Assembly: GCA_963782115.1 (NCBI GenBank)
Contig: CAWAIK010000004.1
Location: 89,412-153,411 of the forward strand
Origin: an uncultured Verrucomicrobiae bacterium
GTDB lineage: Bacteria; Verrucomicrobiota; Verrucomicrobiia; Chthoniobacterales; JAFAMB01
Length of the DNA: 64,000 nucleotides
Direction: 5' to 3'
A program made the translations under genes and the position numbers. Below are positions 20,509 to 31,427 of this stretch, in pieces (the first letter of the stretch is position 1; each line of letters starts with the position of its first letter). The notes beneath the pieces are model-generated. The model saw nothing but the letters and a program-made list of their open reading frames with translations. It had not been told where the DNA came from and did no database searches.

Positions 20509-22452
20509 TCATAGCCGACTTTTCTTCCAGTTTATCAATCCGCCAGCCATGTAGACATCGACCTGCCGGTCCGACAGACCATGACGCGCGAGGAATGTAA
20601 GTTTCCTTGTGAGGTCTTTCACGGGAATCGTCGGACCGGATTTGATCGCGGCGTGAATACTTTCCACCCGAATGATATCACCTTGCCCAACGCGATCATA
20701 ATCGGCCACATCCATGAAGATAAGAGGCAGAATGCCGAAATTCACGAGGTTTTGCCAGTGAATCCGTGCCACGCCCTTGGCGATGACCAGGTGTAAGCCA
20801 AGAGAACGCGGGGCTAGTGCGGCGTGCTCACGACTAGAACCCTGGCCGTAATTGCGTCCCCCCACGATGGCATGCCCGCCCTTAGCGCGGACCACCATGG
20901 CGCGATCGTGGTAGGTCCCATCGACGATGTCATACGAGAATTTCGCGATCTGCGCGATGTTGCTACGGAAGGGAAGAGCGCGTGCTCCTGCGGGAGAAAT
21001 CGTATCGGTTGAGATGTTGTCGCCGAGCTTCAACAGGATCGGCAGCTCAAGGACATCTGGAGGCGGTGTTAAATCAGGCAGTGAGGCGATGTTCGGCCCT
21101 TTCACGATCTTCACCTTGCGCGCCTCTTCAAGACCCAACGGTGGCAGGAGCATTTCTGTGTTGATGATGATGTTGTCCGGCTCGCTGACGCGTGGATACT
21201 CAATCCCCAATGTAGCTGGATTCGTAATGACTCCCTTCAATGCCGATGCCGCAGCCGTTTCGGGGCTGACCAGACACACTTTGTCTTCGCGTGTACCCGA
21301 TCGTCCCGGAAAATTTCGAGGGACTGTCCGTAAGCTGATCGTATCGGTCGCCGGGGCCTGGCCCATACCGATGCATCCGTTGCAACCCGCTTGATGGAGG
21401 CGCGCCCCCGCATGAATGAGCAGGCCGATATACCCGTCACGAATCAGATTCTCGAGAATCTGTCGCGATGATGGATTGATGTCCAAAGAGACCCGCGAGT
21501 GGACTGTCTTTCCGCGCACCATTTCGGCGACGATCGCGAAATCCCGGTAACCGGGATTGGCCGATGAGCCGATATAGGCCTGATAGACTTCAGTGCCGGC
21601 GACCTCACGCACAGACACGACATTGTCCGGATTTGAGGGCATCGCAATGAGCGGCTCAAGCTTGGACAAATCGATCTCGTCTTGAAGATCATAGATTGCG
21701 TCAGGATCGGCTTTGAGTTCGATCCAATCCTGTTCGCGCTTCTGGCGTTTCAGGAAGCGGCGTACCTCGTCGTCCGAGGGAAATACCGAGGTGGTCGCAC
21801 CAAGTTCTGCGCCCATGTTAGCGATAACATGGCGGTCCATCGCCGATAGGCATGTCAGTCCTGGTCCATAGTACTCGATGATTCTGCCTTTGCCGCCGTC
21901 GGTCTTGTGACGGCGCAGCATCTCCAGGATGACATCTTTGGCTGACACCCAATCGGGAAGCGTTCCCGTGAGTCTGATCCCCCACACCGATGGCATTTCG
22001 ACATAGAACGGCTCTCCCGCGATAGCCATAGCAACTTCCAAGCCGCCGGCGCCGATGGCGAGCATTCCGATCGCTCCTGCTGCCGGCGTATGGCTGTCGG
22101 AACCGAGCATTATCTTCCCTGGCTTGCCGAATCGTTCCTGATGCACTGGATGGCTGACGCCATTGCCGGCCCGGCTATACCAGACCCCGAACCGCTGACA
22201 TGCACTCAGAAGAAAAAGATGATCATCGGGATTTTTATAATCCTCCTGGATGAGATTATGGTCAATATACTGGCAGGACAGTTCCGTTCGCGCTCTGTCC
22301 AATCCCATCGACTCCAATTCGAGCATCACGAGCGTCCCGGTCGCATCCTGTGTGAGTGTCTGATCGATGTGAATACCGATCTCCTTCCCTGCCGTCATCC
22401 CGCCGGAGAGCAGGTGCGACTTGATGAGTTTCTGCGCAACACTCAGCCCCAT
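20509..22452 (-). CDS. Aconitate hydratase (single chain, ~650 aa type)
   Basis: TQDATGT, DHN, GSDSHT, GCNGCIGMG, RNFPGRSG, STDTISP, NYGQGSSREHAA. Confidence 0.93.
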   Translation of the reverse strand: MGLSVAQKLIKSHLLSGGMTAGKEIGIHIDQTLTQDATGTLVMLELESMGLDRARTELSCQYIDHNLIQEDYKNPDDHLFLLSACQRFGVWYSRAGNGVSHPVHQERFGKPGKIMLGSDSHTPAAGAIGMLAIGAGGLEVAMAIAGEPFYVEMPSVWGIRLTGTLPDWVSAKDVILEMLRRHKTDGGKGRIIEYYGPGLTCLSAMDRHVIANMGAELGATTSVFPSDDEVRRFLKRQKREQDWIELKADPDAIYDLQDEIDLSKLEPLIAMPSNPDNVVSVREVAGTEVYQAYIGSSANPGYRDFAIVAEMVRGKTVHSRVSLDINPSSRQILENLIRDGYIGLLIHAGARLHQAGCNGCIGMGQAPATDTISLRTVPRNFPGRSGTREDKVCLVSPETAAASALKGVITNPATLGIEYPRVSEPDNIIINTEMLLPPLGLEEARKVKIVKGPNIASLPDLTPPPDVLELPILLKLGDNISTDTISPAGARALPFRSNIAQIAKFSYDIVDGTYHDRAMVVRAKGGHAIVGGRNYGQGSSREHAALAPRSLGLHLVIAKGVARIHWQNLVNFGILPLIFMDVADYDRVGQGDIIRVESIHAAIKSGPTIPVKDLTRKLTFLARHGLSDRQVDVYMAGGLINWKKSRL

Positions 22453-22752
22453 GTTGATATCCTGAGCTAAACAGGAAAATATACAAGAATCGGCGGCAGA
22501 TGCCAACGCCAGAGCAAACGTAGGCTTCAATCCCATTCAATTCAGATTTCGATCTGCACCGAAAAAACTTAACGGAGGTTTTCGGTTGATATTCCGAGTT
22601 CCGGAATATTCCGAGTTGTCGATCGTAGCGATGTCCGGAGCCGATGAAAACAGGAGCGCAGAGTTATTAAGCTCGCAATATTCCTGTCAAGCAATTTGGC
22701 CTCAGCAGTACATGGAGCACACCACCGGAAGTTCAAATCCCTTTGGCTAACG

Positions 22753-23766
22753 CTAGCTTTCACCGGCAGCAATCACCAGGACGGGCGTGCCCTCTATGTT
22801 GCTGTGCTTCATGTCGCGCAGGGCACGATTGGCATCCGCCAAAGCGTAAGCCGTCGTGCGCGGCTGGACGTGGGCCTCGACGGCCTCGGCGAGGAGCGCC
22901 CGGGCGTCCTCGCGAGTATTGGCGGTTACGCTACGCAGTTCACGTTCCTGGTAGAGGTGCCGACCGTAGTCGAGGATCGGCACGTCACTGAGATGAATGC
23001 CGGCGATGGAGCAAGCCCCGCCGCGATCGAGCGCCTCCAATGTCGGCGGGACGAGCTTGCCAGACGGCGCGAAGAGCACTGCCCCATCGACCTTGTCGGG
23101 TAGATCTCGGAAATCGGAGCCCGCCCACGCCGCGCCCAGCTCACGAGCCTGCCGGATGTGATTCTCGCCGCGCGTGACCACAGATACTTCATGCCCGCGG
23201 TGCAACGCGATCTGGATGACAATGTGCGCCGAACTGCCGAAGCCGACCAGCAGCAGCCGACCATTCTCCGGTACCGCGGCCCGTTGGAGCGCGCGGTAAC
23301 CGATCAATCCACTGCACAGCAATGGCGAGACGTGTTCGTCATCTAGGCCTTCGGGCAACTCGTAAGCGAAGTCCTCAGGGACGACGGCATATTCCGCGTA
23401 TCCGCCATCGGCGTCATAACCGGTATAGCGCGAGTCGCGGCACAGATTTTCGCGTCCACGGCGGCAGAATCGGCAGGTGCCGTCCACATGCCGCAGCCAT
23501 GCGATGCCGATCCGCTGCCCGACCCGCAGGCGCGTCACACCGGCGCCGGTTTCATCCACTCGCCCGACAATCTGATGGCCAGGAATGACCGGCATCTTGT
23601 GAAGGGCGAGATCGCCCTCAACGATGTGAATATCGGTGCGGCAGACCGCACAAACGCTCACTTTCACCCGGACCTGACCCCGCCCGGTCCGCGGCGCGTC
23701 CATTTCCTGCTGAGCCAGCGGCGACTCGTCCACACGCTTCTGTTGTATCAGGATCATCGCGCGCAT
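22753..23766 (-). CDS. Zinc-binding alcohol dehydrogenase family protein
   Basis: CAVCRTDIH, PGHQIVG, CRFC..ENLC, GGYAEY. Confidence 0.92.
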   Translation of the reverse strand: MRAMILIQQKRVDESPLAQQEMDAPRTGRGQVRVKVSVCAVCRTDIHIVEGDLALHKMPVIPGHQIVGRVDETGAGVTRLRVGQRIGIAWLRHVDGTCRFCRRGRENLCRDSRYTGYDADGGYAEYAVVPEDFAYELPEGLDDEHVSPLLCSGLIGYRALQRAAVPENGRLLLVGFGSSAHIVIQIALHRGHEVSVVTRGENHIRQARELGAAWAGSDFRDLPDKVDGAVLFAPSGKLVPPTLEALDRGGACSIAGIHLSDVPILDYGRHLYQERELRSVTANTREDARALLAEAVEAHVQPRTTAYALADANRALRDMKHSNIEGTPVLVIAAGES

Positions 23767-24169
23767 AGTTGGTTAAATTCCCACAAAGGTAGCAAAACTC
23801 TCACGGGATTTTTCACAACCTTCTATGCTCGAAGAGCTTTTCTGCAATTCTGCAGCTCACGAAAATTGGCGCATGTTTTCTCGGCCCGATTTTGGGGCTT
23901 AATACGCTCAAGAGGTTGGTAGCCCAAGGCTGAAGAATCGAGATAGTTGCTGAACACGAAGTTATTTTTGATCTTCTGGGGAAGGGTCAAGGGTGATGAG
24001 GCTAGACGTCCTTTGCGGGCCGCGTCCGGGCGACTCAGTGGGATCAGTTGCAACGGCATTGGTACCCAGGAATGGAGGAAACATGCGATGCGAAGGGGGC
24101 GTAGCCCCCGGTTTTTCCCGGTCCCCGCTTCCGTCCTGAGCACGTGAAGGAGCGCTAGATCAGACGAGC

Positions 24170-24501
24170 AAATGATAGTTCATGGCCATCAGGATCGGGC
24201 ATATGGAAGTAACGTTCGCCCCACGAGGCATCCTGCGGATTCTCTGGATGAAAGCCTTTTTCCATGAGGTACGCCCAGAAACGGTCAACATCAGAAACGC
24301 GAAAAATCAGCCGCCCCCACTGGATACCAGCATTACCGTGTTCAAGGTTCAGAATCGTATCCCCGCCTTTGTGCGGAGTGAAGTGAAATATGAGCCTTCG
24401 CCGCCGTAGATGATCTCCAGTCCCAAAACATCTCTGTAGAAGCGAACGGATGCCCGCATGTTCGCAACCCGAAGGGTAACCGCAGAAATCTTCTCAACCA
24501 T
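24170..24501 (-). pseudogene. VOC/glyoxalase family protein, frameshifted
   Basis: ISAVTLRVANMRASVRFYRDVLGL; downstream PRGANVTS/DPDGHE-like end in another frame. Confidence 0.7.
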
Positions 24502-25132
24502 AGATGTGCCTCCAAGGGAATGGCAGTACGTCCAGCATCGTTCTAGAAGGAGAGCGTCAAAAGGTTGGGGTAGGTACCAGCCATGCAAGGCATCGTGCAG
24601 CTCGTCAGTCGGCATTCGGGGGCGCACACTTGCTTATTACAGAAACAGGCCCGGCAGATTACCGCCGACTTCTTGACGCTCTCCCTCCTCCGGCTGCTCA
24701 GGCGACGCGAATCCGGTGCTCGCCGCCTAGAGCTGCCCCATTTAAGCTCTGACAAATCGGACAATATTATCACGTCGTGTCATCCGGGGGTATTTGTGTA
24801 GCCCGCAGGGCGAGGGCTTGTTCTTGTCTTCTTGTCGAGCGTAAGTCTCTACCGTTCTGCGACTTAAGGTGCTGGCGGAGCGCAGGATTTTCTGGACGTG
24901 TTCGACGTTAAATGAGATAGTCATAGCCGCCGCTTATTAAGCTCGTATCGGCACGCTTCATCGAATCTTCGTCGGCGATCTCCAGAGCGATTCTCGAACC
25001 CATGGCTGCGCGCTTGAACAGGTTCGCAAAAACGTGGTTAGGCGCGAACGCTGACTCGCGCGGGTGCTTCTGGTTCGCCGTTCGCTGCGTTGGTTTGGCC
25101 AGGCAGTTCATTGTCATTTGGTTCGATCACAC

Positions 25133-25369
25133 TCAGCCTTCGCCATTGTTTCCGAAGGCTTCGACCGGACATCCTTCCATGGCTTCCTTGCACAGCGCCT
25201 CCTCCTCCGGGGTGGTTGGTTGCTTAAACACATAGGAGTAGCCGCCGTCGTCGCTGCGCGTGAAATTAGCGGGTGCGGTTTCCCGGCACAGATCGCAGTC
25301 AATGCACTGGTCATCGCAGTAAAATTTTCCGGACACGTTTTCCGCGTATTTATTCGCAATGTCGGCCAT
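25133..25369 (-). CDS. Ferredoxin (single 4Fe-4S type)
   Basis: CIDCDLC..AP..F and CPVEA motifs. Confidence 0.92.
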   Translation of the reverse strand: MADIANKYAENVSGKFYCDDQCIDCDLCRETAPANFTRSDDGGYSYVFKQPTTPEEEALCKEAMEGCPVEAFGNNGEG

Positions 25370-25926
25370 CGATTCTCTTTCGTTTGATGCAGACGGAAAT
25401 TCGATTAGAGCGGTTTCATGACACCCGGCTATTCTCGACCTGCGGACTTCTAAAGCTGCACTAATTCAGAAGGCTACTGAGGCGTGCGGCCTCATTCTCC
25501 GCAGGAAAACTAAATCGACAAGCGTGCTTTATTTCCCTTCCGAACGACCCATTGTAAGGCGTTTTGACACGCGAGGCAAAACTAGGGCTCGCTTCAGGGC
25601 GCCGCCGGCGCTGCGGCGCGAAGCGTCAGGCATTCAGAATGTCCTTGGAGCCTGGCGCGGCTTGATAGAAGATTGCTCCTGCTCTCCGCGTTAAAGCTGG
25701 CCGCGGGAAGTACACCTTTCTCGCTTCCGAGATCAACGGTCGAAGTAAGGTTACAGTTTCCCAACCAAAAACGAAATTGCTCGGTCGCATCGCCGCGCAC
25801 AATGAAGTGGTCCGTCACCTAACCTTAACCTACAAACCAAACGTAGGCAGCCGCCTACGGTGCAGACTGCAAGCACAGCGATCGAATATCTTTTCGTATC
25901 TTCCAATTCGGGGCCGGGTTCAACTT

Positions 25927-26274
25927 CTAGCATGTAACGTGCAGGACCGCATTGGTCTCGTCTGGATTTTCCTGCAGCGCCTTGATAGCTTCGGTTGTCG
26001 GCAGTATGGCCAATCTGATTTTGCGGCGATGCGCTTCGCGTTTCACCTCTTCCATGACTGGCAAGGCCCCAGTGCCCGTACCGATCACAAGCTGCCGACA
26101 CTTCCAGGGTATCTCCTCCTCTATCGAGAGCGGTGTATGCCCAAACCTGTCACGGAACTTTTTGGACGGTTTTTTCTTGCGCTTGCGGATGCGGCCACGG
26201 TCGATCACGACGTCATAGCCGTAAGTCGTTCCGTCAATGCAGATCGAGCCAAACGAAAATGCTTCGAAACGCAT
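25927..26274 (-). CDS. Mth938-like (DUF498) domain protein
   Basis: FSFGSICIDG..YDVVI, LVIGTG.G, PT.EAI, LHVTC. Confidence 0.85.
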   Translation of the reverse strand: MRFEAFSFGSICIDGTTYGYDVVIDRGRIRKRKKKPSKKFRDRFGHTPLSIEEEIPWKCRQLVIGTGTGALPVMEEVKREAHRRKIRLAILPTTEAIKALQENPDETNAVLHVTC

Positions 26275-26637
26275 GTGCACCTCTCATTTCTCGTATCGCT
26301 GTGTGATTACAGCTGCACCGCACTCAGGACTCGCAGAAACATCGACCTTCAACCGGTGGAAGCAAGTGATCTCACGACGCGCTTTTCTGTATGAGGTAAG
26401 GACAAATTTCGATGTATACATCCGATGAAATCGTTCGAGTAACGGAGACAAGCGCGCTCGTGGGGCAAAGAGAACGTTCTGCGTTTGCTCGGGCAAATGT
26501 CACGCTGCGCTATTGACCAAGTTTTTCGATCTCAGCTCATAACATCAGCCAACGGGTTCTAATCTAAAACAGCGGCTGACCCAAGAAGTTCAGTCTCGTC
26601 CCCCACTCTCGCCAGCGTGCCTCATCCACCTACGTGC

Positions 26638-26679
26638 AAAGGCCAGCAGGCGAATTCCGGCTTTTCCGCACAATGGACA
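26638..26679. repeat. 42-bp dispersed repeat, copy 2
   Basis: 38/42 identical to 5402-5443. Confidence 0.7.
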
Positions 26680-26766
26680 TGGTTTTCGAGAACATCGACG
26701 TCATATTTTCGAACTTTTGTGACTAAGCGATCGATTTTCTTCGGTCCAACCACCCTAAAAATGCTC

Positions 26767-27450
26767 ATGAAACTCTTGTCCACAATCACTACCGAAGATC
26801 GCTGGGTCATCGGTTCCATCGCCTTGACCCTGAGCGGAATTATCCTGGGCGCCCTGCTCGCTGAGCCACGGGCGTTCGGCGTCACTGCCCTGACCGTCAT
26901 CGGCCTACTGTTCATCGCTTGGTCTGTCACACACAGTCCGCGACTTTCCTGGCTACTCGTGTTCGGCCTGGTCGCGGGCGTGCTGGAACTCTGGGCCGAC
27001 TGGGTGCATGTCGTTTACTTCCATTCGCTCGTCTATACCGACTACTTCGGCTTCCACCTTCTCGCCTCACCCTCCTATATGCCTATCGCTTGGTGGCTGA
27101 CCGTCGTCCAGTTCGGTTATCTTGCACTACGCCTGGCCGACCGTTGGCCAACCTGGTCTGCTGTTGGAGTACCGACAGCCCTTGGGATGACTCTGCCGCC
27201 TTGGTACGAGGAGTTCGCGCCATCAGCCCGAGCCTGGTATTATCCGCCACATGGGGTGATGCTCTCCCATACGCCGCTCTGGATCATTTTTACTTACGGT
27301 GGCTGCATGTTCGCTATTGCGTCCTCTGCTGTGCTGTTATATCGACCGCAGGCCTGGGGCCGAGCGGTGATAGGTGGCATATTCACTGGCGCCGGCATTA
27401 TGTTCTCGAGCGTAATATGGTTTGCTTTACTGGGAGGAGCTGAGAGCTGA
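26767..27450 (+). CDS. Multi-pass membrane protein, unknown function
   Basis: About seven hydrophobic segments; EL.AD and P.YMP..W motifs. Confidence 0.7.
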   Translation: MKLLSTITTEDRWVIGSIALTLSGIILGALLAEPRAFGVTALTVIGLLFIAWSVTHSPRLSWLLVFGLVAGVLELWADWVHVVYFHSLVYTDYFGFHLLASPSYMPIAWWLTVVQFGYLALRLADRWPTWSAVGVPTALGMTLPPWYEEFAPSARAWYYPPHGVMLSHTPLWIIFTYGGCMFAIASSAVLLYRPQAWGRAVIGGIFTGAGIMFSSVIWFALLGGAES

Positions 27451-27701
27451 GTCGGTCGTGACAGAAGGGTCGTGTCTGCAGCCACCCAACCAGTCGCTGC
27501 ATAACCTGTACTCCGGATACGCACCCTGCAGATAATGAATGTGTTGGACAAGACACTGGACGCCCTCCCCTGCTCCACCCTCCCCTCTCAAGATCGTGAC
27601 GCATCGGTGTCATAACGCCTCGAAACGCGGGTTATGACAGGCTAAAGGCTAGCCGAGACTAATTACTTCTGGAGCCGTCTGCATAGAGAACTGCGGACTG
27701 A

Positions 27702-27944
27702 TCAAGGAGCGTCGGAGTTTCGCGTGATTCTTTCATCCGCTACACCTTGCCCCACGGTCCTGACTTCGTCTGGTATCCATCCGTCAATGCGATACACCGA
27801 AAGCTCTTCGTGAGGGCTCGGGATGAGCGCTATTGGCCTGAGCTTGCAGCCAAGCCTATTGTCTTTGTAAAGCCAGCCGTCCGTTAAGACGAAGCGAGCA
27901 AGCTCCTCCTGGTCATTCACGAATCTCGCGCAAGGTGCGATCAC
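27702..27944 (-). CDS. Hypothetical, possible ADP-ribosyltransferase-fold toxin (probably 3'-truncated)
   Basis: GTG overlaps the upstream stop (GTGA); EELARFV...ALIP...ELSVYRI pattern. Confidence 0.5.
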   Translation of the reverse strand: MIAPCARFVNDQEELARFVLTDGWLYKDNRLGCKLRPIALIPSPHEELSVYRIDGWIPDEVRTVGQGVADERITRNSDAP

Positions 27945-28432
27945 CAACCGTATACGCGTCTCAAGTTTTCCCCGACCGATCGTGGCAAATCTTGAACAAA
28001 CGTCGCCGTTCCGTGAACTGTCTCCGATCCAAATATACCGGCGAAGGCCAAAAGATCTTCCTCTCCAATGCTGACGATGAATCTGCGACCGTTGCCGGGC
28101 GCCCATTCGAATGCCAAGGATCCATTCGGAGTTGCGGCTGCGGTAGGCGACGGAAAACGTTTCAATACATGGTCCAGGAACGTTTTGGCTCTCAGAAAAG
28201 CTTCGTCAGGAACGGCGTTCGCGCCGTACCCATCCCAGCCCGGTTCCCGGCTGTCGAGGAAGGCATCTTGCAGCTCACGGACGGCATGTGCCTGAAGAGC
28301 TTCTGCGTTCTGAAAGGATTGCAGGACTTTTTCGAGCGCCTCGGAAAGCCTCGTGGCCTCATCACTGGTCGCTCGGCTCGGGCCCGCGTCAAAACTGTCA
28401 GCGGAATATCGGAAGTTTACTGCCGTGCTCAC
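27941..28432 (-). CDS. Conserved hypothetical protein (WDGYGA...G.L.FEW motif)
   Basis: Coupled by 4-bp overlaps to both neighbours; PGWDGYGANAV and PNGSLAFEW. Confidence 0.8.
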   Translation of the reverse strand: MSTAVNFRYSADSFDAGPSRATSDEATRLSEALEKVLQSFQNAEALQAHAVRELQDAFLDSREPGWDGYGANAVPDEAFLRAKTFLDHVLKRFPSPTAAATPNGSLAFEWAPGNGRRFIVSIGEEDLLAFAGIFGSETVHGTATFVQDLPRSVGENLRRVYGW

Positions 28433-29181
28433 TTGTACATTTCTACGACCTTTTCGGTAATGCTTTCAAAAAAATACTTATCTTTGAGTTGCCGCAAGGT
28501 CCCAAAGCGCTGAAGAGCGGCATCGGGATCTGCCGATCGGGACGTCTCCTCGAAAACATCAATATCCAGAATAATTGGAATTTGTCCAGGTGTGGCACCG
28601 GGAGGCTGTATCGCCTGCGTGATGCGAGCTGCCACTCCGGTCCCTGGATCCAATATCTGGATCTGTGTAAGAAAGCCCGTCAACACCGCTCCGGTTCCCT
28701 TCAGATACGGTGGCGGCGCGGTGAGGAAGGGGGTGAGGTCCACGACTTCGGCTTCTGGCAATAAGAGTCGGTTGATGTAACGAACTCCGACGCGCGTGAC
28801 CTCTTCCGGATGGCCAACCTCAAAGAAAATGTGATAAAGGCGAGCCGCCTCTGAAAAAAACTGCTCCCAGTTTGTGTACGGAGCCAGATGACTGAAGGTA
28901 AAGCCATCCTTCTGAAATTGGGCGATGCGCTTCCCGTCGGAGCTATCATAGCGAAAGCCGGTGAGCCCCTGGTGAACAATCCTGCTCTTGGGCGGAACGC
29001 CGAGCTCCGCTTGAAAGGTCAGCTGCATTTGCGTCAAGGGTTGAGGCTCTTTGTACCCGGGACCGAAGCGTTCCTGCAGGCCGGCAAATACTTCAACGTT
29101 GAACTCGGCGGGCATCCGAACGCGTAAATCAATTACGGACTCTACAAGTGGGGCGTTCGTGAGGTGTGCGGGTTGAGCCAT
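28429..29181 (-). CDS. TIGR04255 family protein
   Basis: LTNAPLVESVIDLR, PYTNWEQF, TRVGVRYINR, ILDIDV, FFESITE. Confidence 0.88.
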   Translation of the reverse strand: MAQPAHLTNAPLVESVIDLRVRMPAEFNVEVFAGLQERFGPGYKEPQPLTQMQLTFQAELGVPPKSRIVHQGLTGFRYDSSDGKRIAQFQKDGFTFSHLAPYTNWEQFFSEAARLYHIFFEVGHPEEVTRVGVRYINRLLLPEAEVVDLTPFLTAPPPYLKGTGAVLTGFLTQIQILDPGTGVAARITQAIQPPGATPGQIPIILDIDVFEETSRSADPDAALQRFGTLRQLKDKYFFESITEKVVEMYK

Positions 29182-29799
29182 TCGCGGTTAATACGAACGA
29201 GTTTATCGATCGCGCCGGTCAGCGTCACTTTTTAGTTTCACCGTTTTGCAGTCACGACACGAAGGTGTCAGAATTGTCTGGCTCGAGAGGAGCAAATTTG
29301 GACAATTTTAGGCGTCGAGCGTGAATTCGCGGCGATTGAGCGAATGGACGACAGTGCGGAGAGCAGGCAACCGGAGCAGCCTGGCTTACTGCTATTGGGC
29401 TTGGGGCCTGCTCGCGCGCGAACAGCGTGATCGCAAGACGGAGCGGGAAAAGCCGGCTGCCGCCCTTGATATATTCACCAAACTGAACATGCCGCGGGAA
29501 CGCGATGAAGTGAGAGCGAAAATGGAGAAGACGACAGGGGCTGGCACAACCACCTAAAAAGTCCGAAAGAGCGGCAAGAGTTGTAAAATCATCAGGACGA
29601 AAGTCTTAGTGTCTGCATTCGACACCCGAAAGTTGTTATGCAGAAAAAACTCCTCGGCTTGCCGCAAGTCAATCTTGTCTAGAATGTCGGAAGAACCATT
29701 CTTCAGCTGGAGCATCGCCTCAACGTCTCGCGCAACAGTCTTTTGGGTTTGGCTAAGTGGCGTTATTATAGCTGACATCCTTACCATCGGGTTCGGCAA

Positions 29800-29920
29800 A
29801 GAAACCCGGCGCGTTGCCGCGGCTGCGGAGATTCTTCAAATCAATTTCCTGGATCACATTATCGCCGGCCAGGATTACTTCAGTTTTCAGGAAGCTGGAG
29901 TTTTGGGATGTCCATTTTAA
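29800..29920 (+). pseudogene. RadC/JAB C-terminal remnant
   Basis: TRRVAAAAEILQINFLDHIIAGQDYFSFQEAG. Confidence 0.75.
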
Positions 29921-29929
29921 CCTCTGGTA

Positions 29930-30290
29930 CAGGCAGACTAGAAAGCGAATCGCCGTGCTTTGGCGACGGGATCGCCGCGCGGGCCACGAACGTTTTATCC
30001 TCGAAGTAAAGAGGCTGTCGTCCATAGATCGCCGGGTGACCGGCACAATAAATCACCATGTCCCCGGCCGCAGTAATGCGATCGTGCTCGTCCTTCTGCG
30101 GACCTGGCATCCGCTGGCATTCATCTGGCGTCAGCAGAGGCCGTTGCACTTCCTGCATCGTCCTAGACACTTGAGTTCCTAAGAACCCGCGGCCCGATCG
30201 CGTCACTTGTTCTTTGAGTAATCGTCGTTGTTCCGGTGAGCTTTGAGAGGTGCGCGGCTGTTTCCAACCGGTTAGGCGGGAAAGCAGCTT
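29930..30290 (-). pseudogene. traG: TraG/VirD4 coupling protein C-terminal fragment
   Basis: VSRTMQEVQRPLLTPDECQRMPGP..GDMVIYCAG.PAIYG.QPLYF.D resembles the IncP TraG C-terminus. Confidence 0.8.
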
Positions 30291-30291
30291 G

Positions 30292-30356
30292 GTGTCAGAC
30301 GCAAAGTTATTTGCGAATCGGTCAGCGCTATTTGCGAATGACTTTGCGTCTGACAC
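30292..30356. mobile_element. 65-bp miniature element made of two TGT...ACA transposon-like ends
   Basis: Perfect 16-bp IR gtgtcagacgcaaagt / actttgcgtctgacac, extending imperfectly to ~26 bp. Confidence 0.65.
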
Positions 30357-31317
30357 GAAGTTGCTTCCGCTGATGGCCTACGGTTCGTCGTTCCTGTCAG
30401 GACTATCCACGCAGGCCCAAATCCAAAGTATTTCGGCTATGAGCGCGGCGTTACTTATTACAACCTCGTTTCGGATCAGTTCACCGGTCTGAACGCGATA
30501 GTTGTGCCAGGAACTCTGCGAGACAGTCTTGTACTGTTGGCTGTCGTTCTCGAACAACCAACAGAACTTAATCCAATCGAGATCATGACGGATACAGGGG
30601 CGTACACCGATGTTGTATTCGGCCTATTCTGGTTGCTCGGCTATCTGTTCAGCCCTCGCATTGCGGACATCGGCGGTGCAAGATACTGGCGGATCGATCC
30701 GTCGGCTGACTATGGTTGCCTGAAGGGCATTGCTCGTCACCGGATTAACGCGAAACTGATCGCGGAGCACTGGGACGACCTTCTCCGGCTGGCGGGATCG
30801 CTCAAGCTCGGCGTGGTTCAGGCTACCTCGGTTATGAGAACGCTTCAGATCGGCGATCGACCAACGAAGCTGGCTCAAGCTGTAGCCGAGCTCGGGCGGA
30901 TCGACAAGACAATTCACGCTCTCACCTACATCGATGACGAGGCCAAACGTCGACGAATTCTGAATCAACTCAATAAAGGCGAGGATCGTCACAAATTGGC
31001 TCGCGCCGTGTTTTCATGGTAAACAAGGTGAACTGCGGCAGAGATACCGCGAGGGCCAGGAAGATCAGCTCGGAGCGCTGGGGTTAGTTGTCAATATGAT
31101 CGTTCTTTGGAATATACTCTATATCAACGCTGCACTCGAGCAGCTTGCTCGCGAAGGACATCACGTTACACCAGAAGATGTAGCTCGTCTTTCGCCGCTA
31201 GTCTTCGAGCATATCAATTTGCTCGGTCGCTACGCTTTCTCTGTCCCGGAAGCAGTTACTCGGGGTGAATTGCGGCCGTTAAGAAACCCAGCCGAAGCCA
31301 TCGAAGAGGTTGCTTGA
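30357..31317 (+). pseudogene. tnpA: Tn3 family transposase, C-terminal part (frameshift near 31015)
   Basis: EVASADGLRFVV, IMTDTGAY, FSPRIAD, QLNKGE, RLSPL..HINLLGRY. Confidence 0.92.
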
Positions 31318-31427
31318 AATTTGCTTAAACCGGTTTTCTGCTCCTAATGTCGAGTTCATCGTAATGCCGAGTAGAGTCGGCGAACGCGCACGCGGAGCGG
31401 GTTTCAATAGTGGTCGACTCGGCATTA

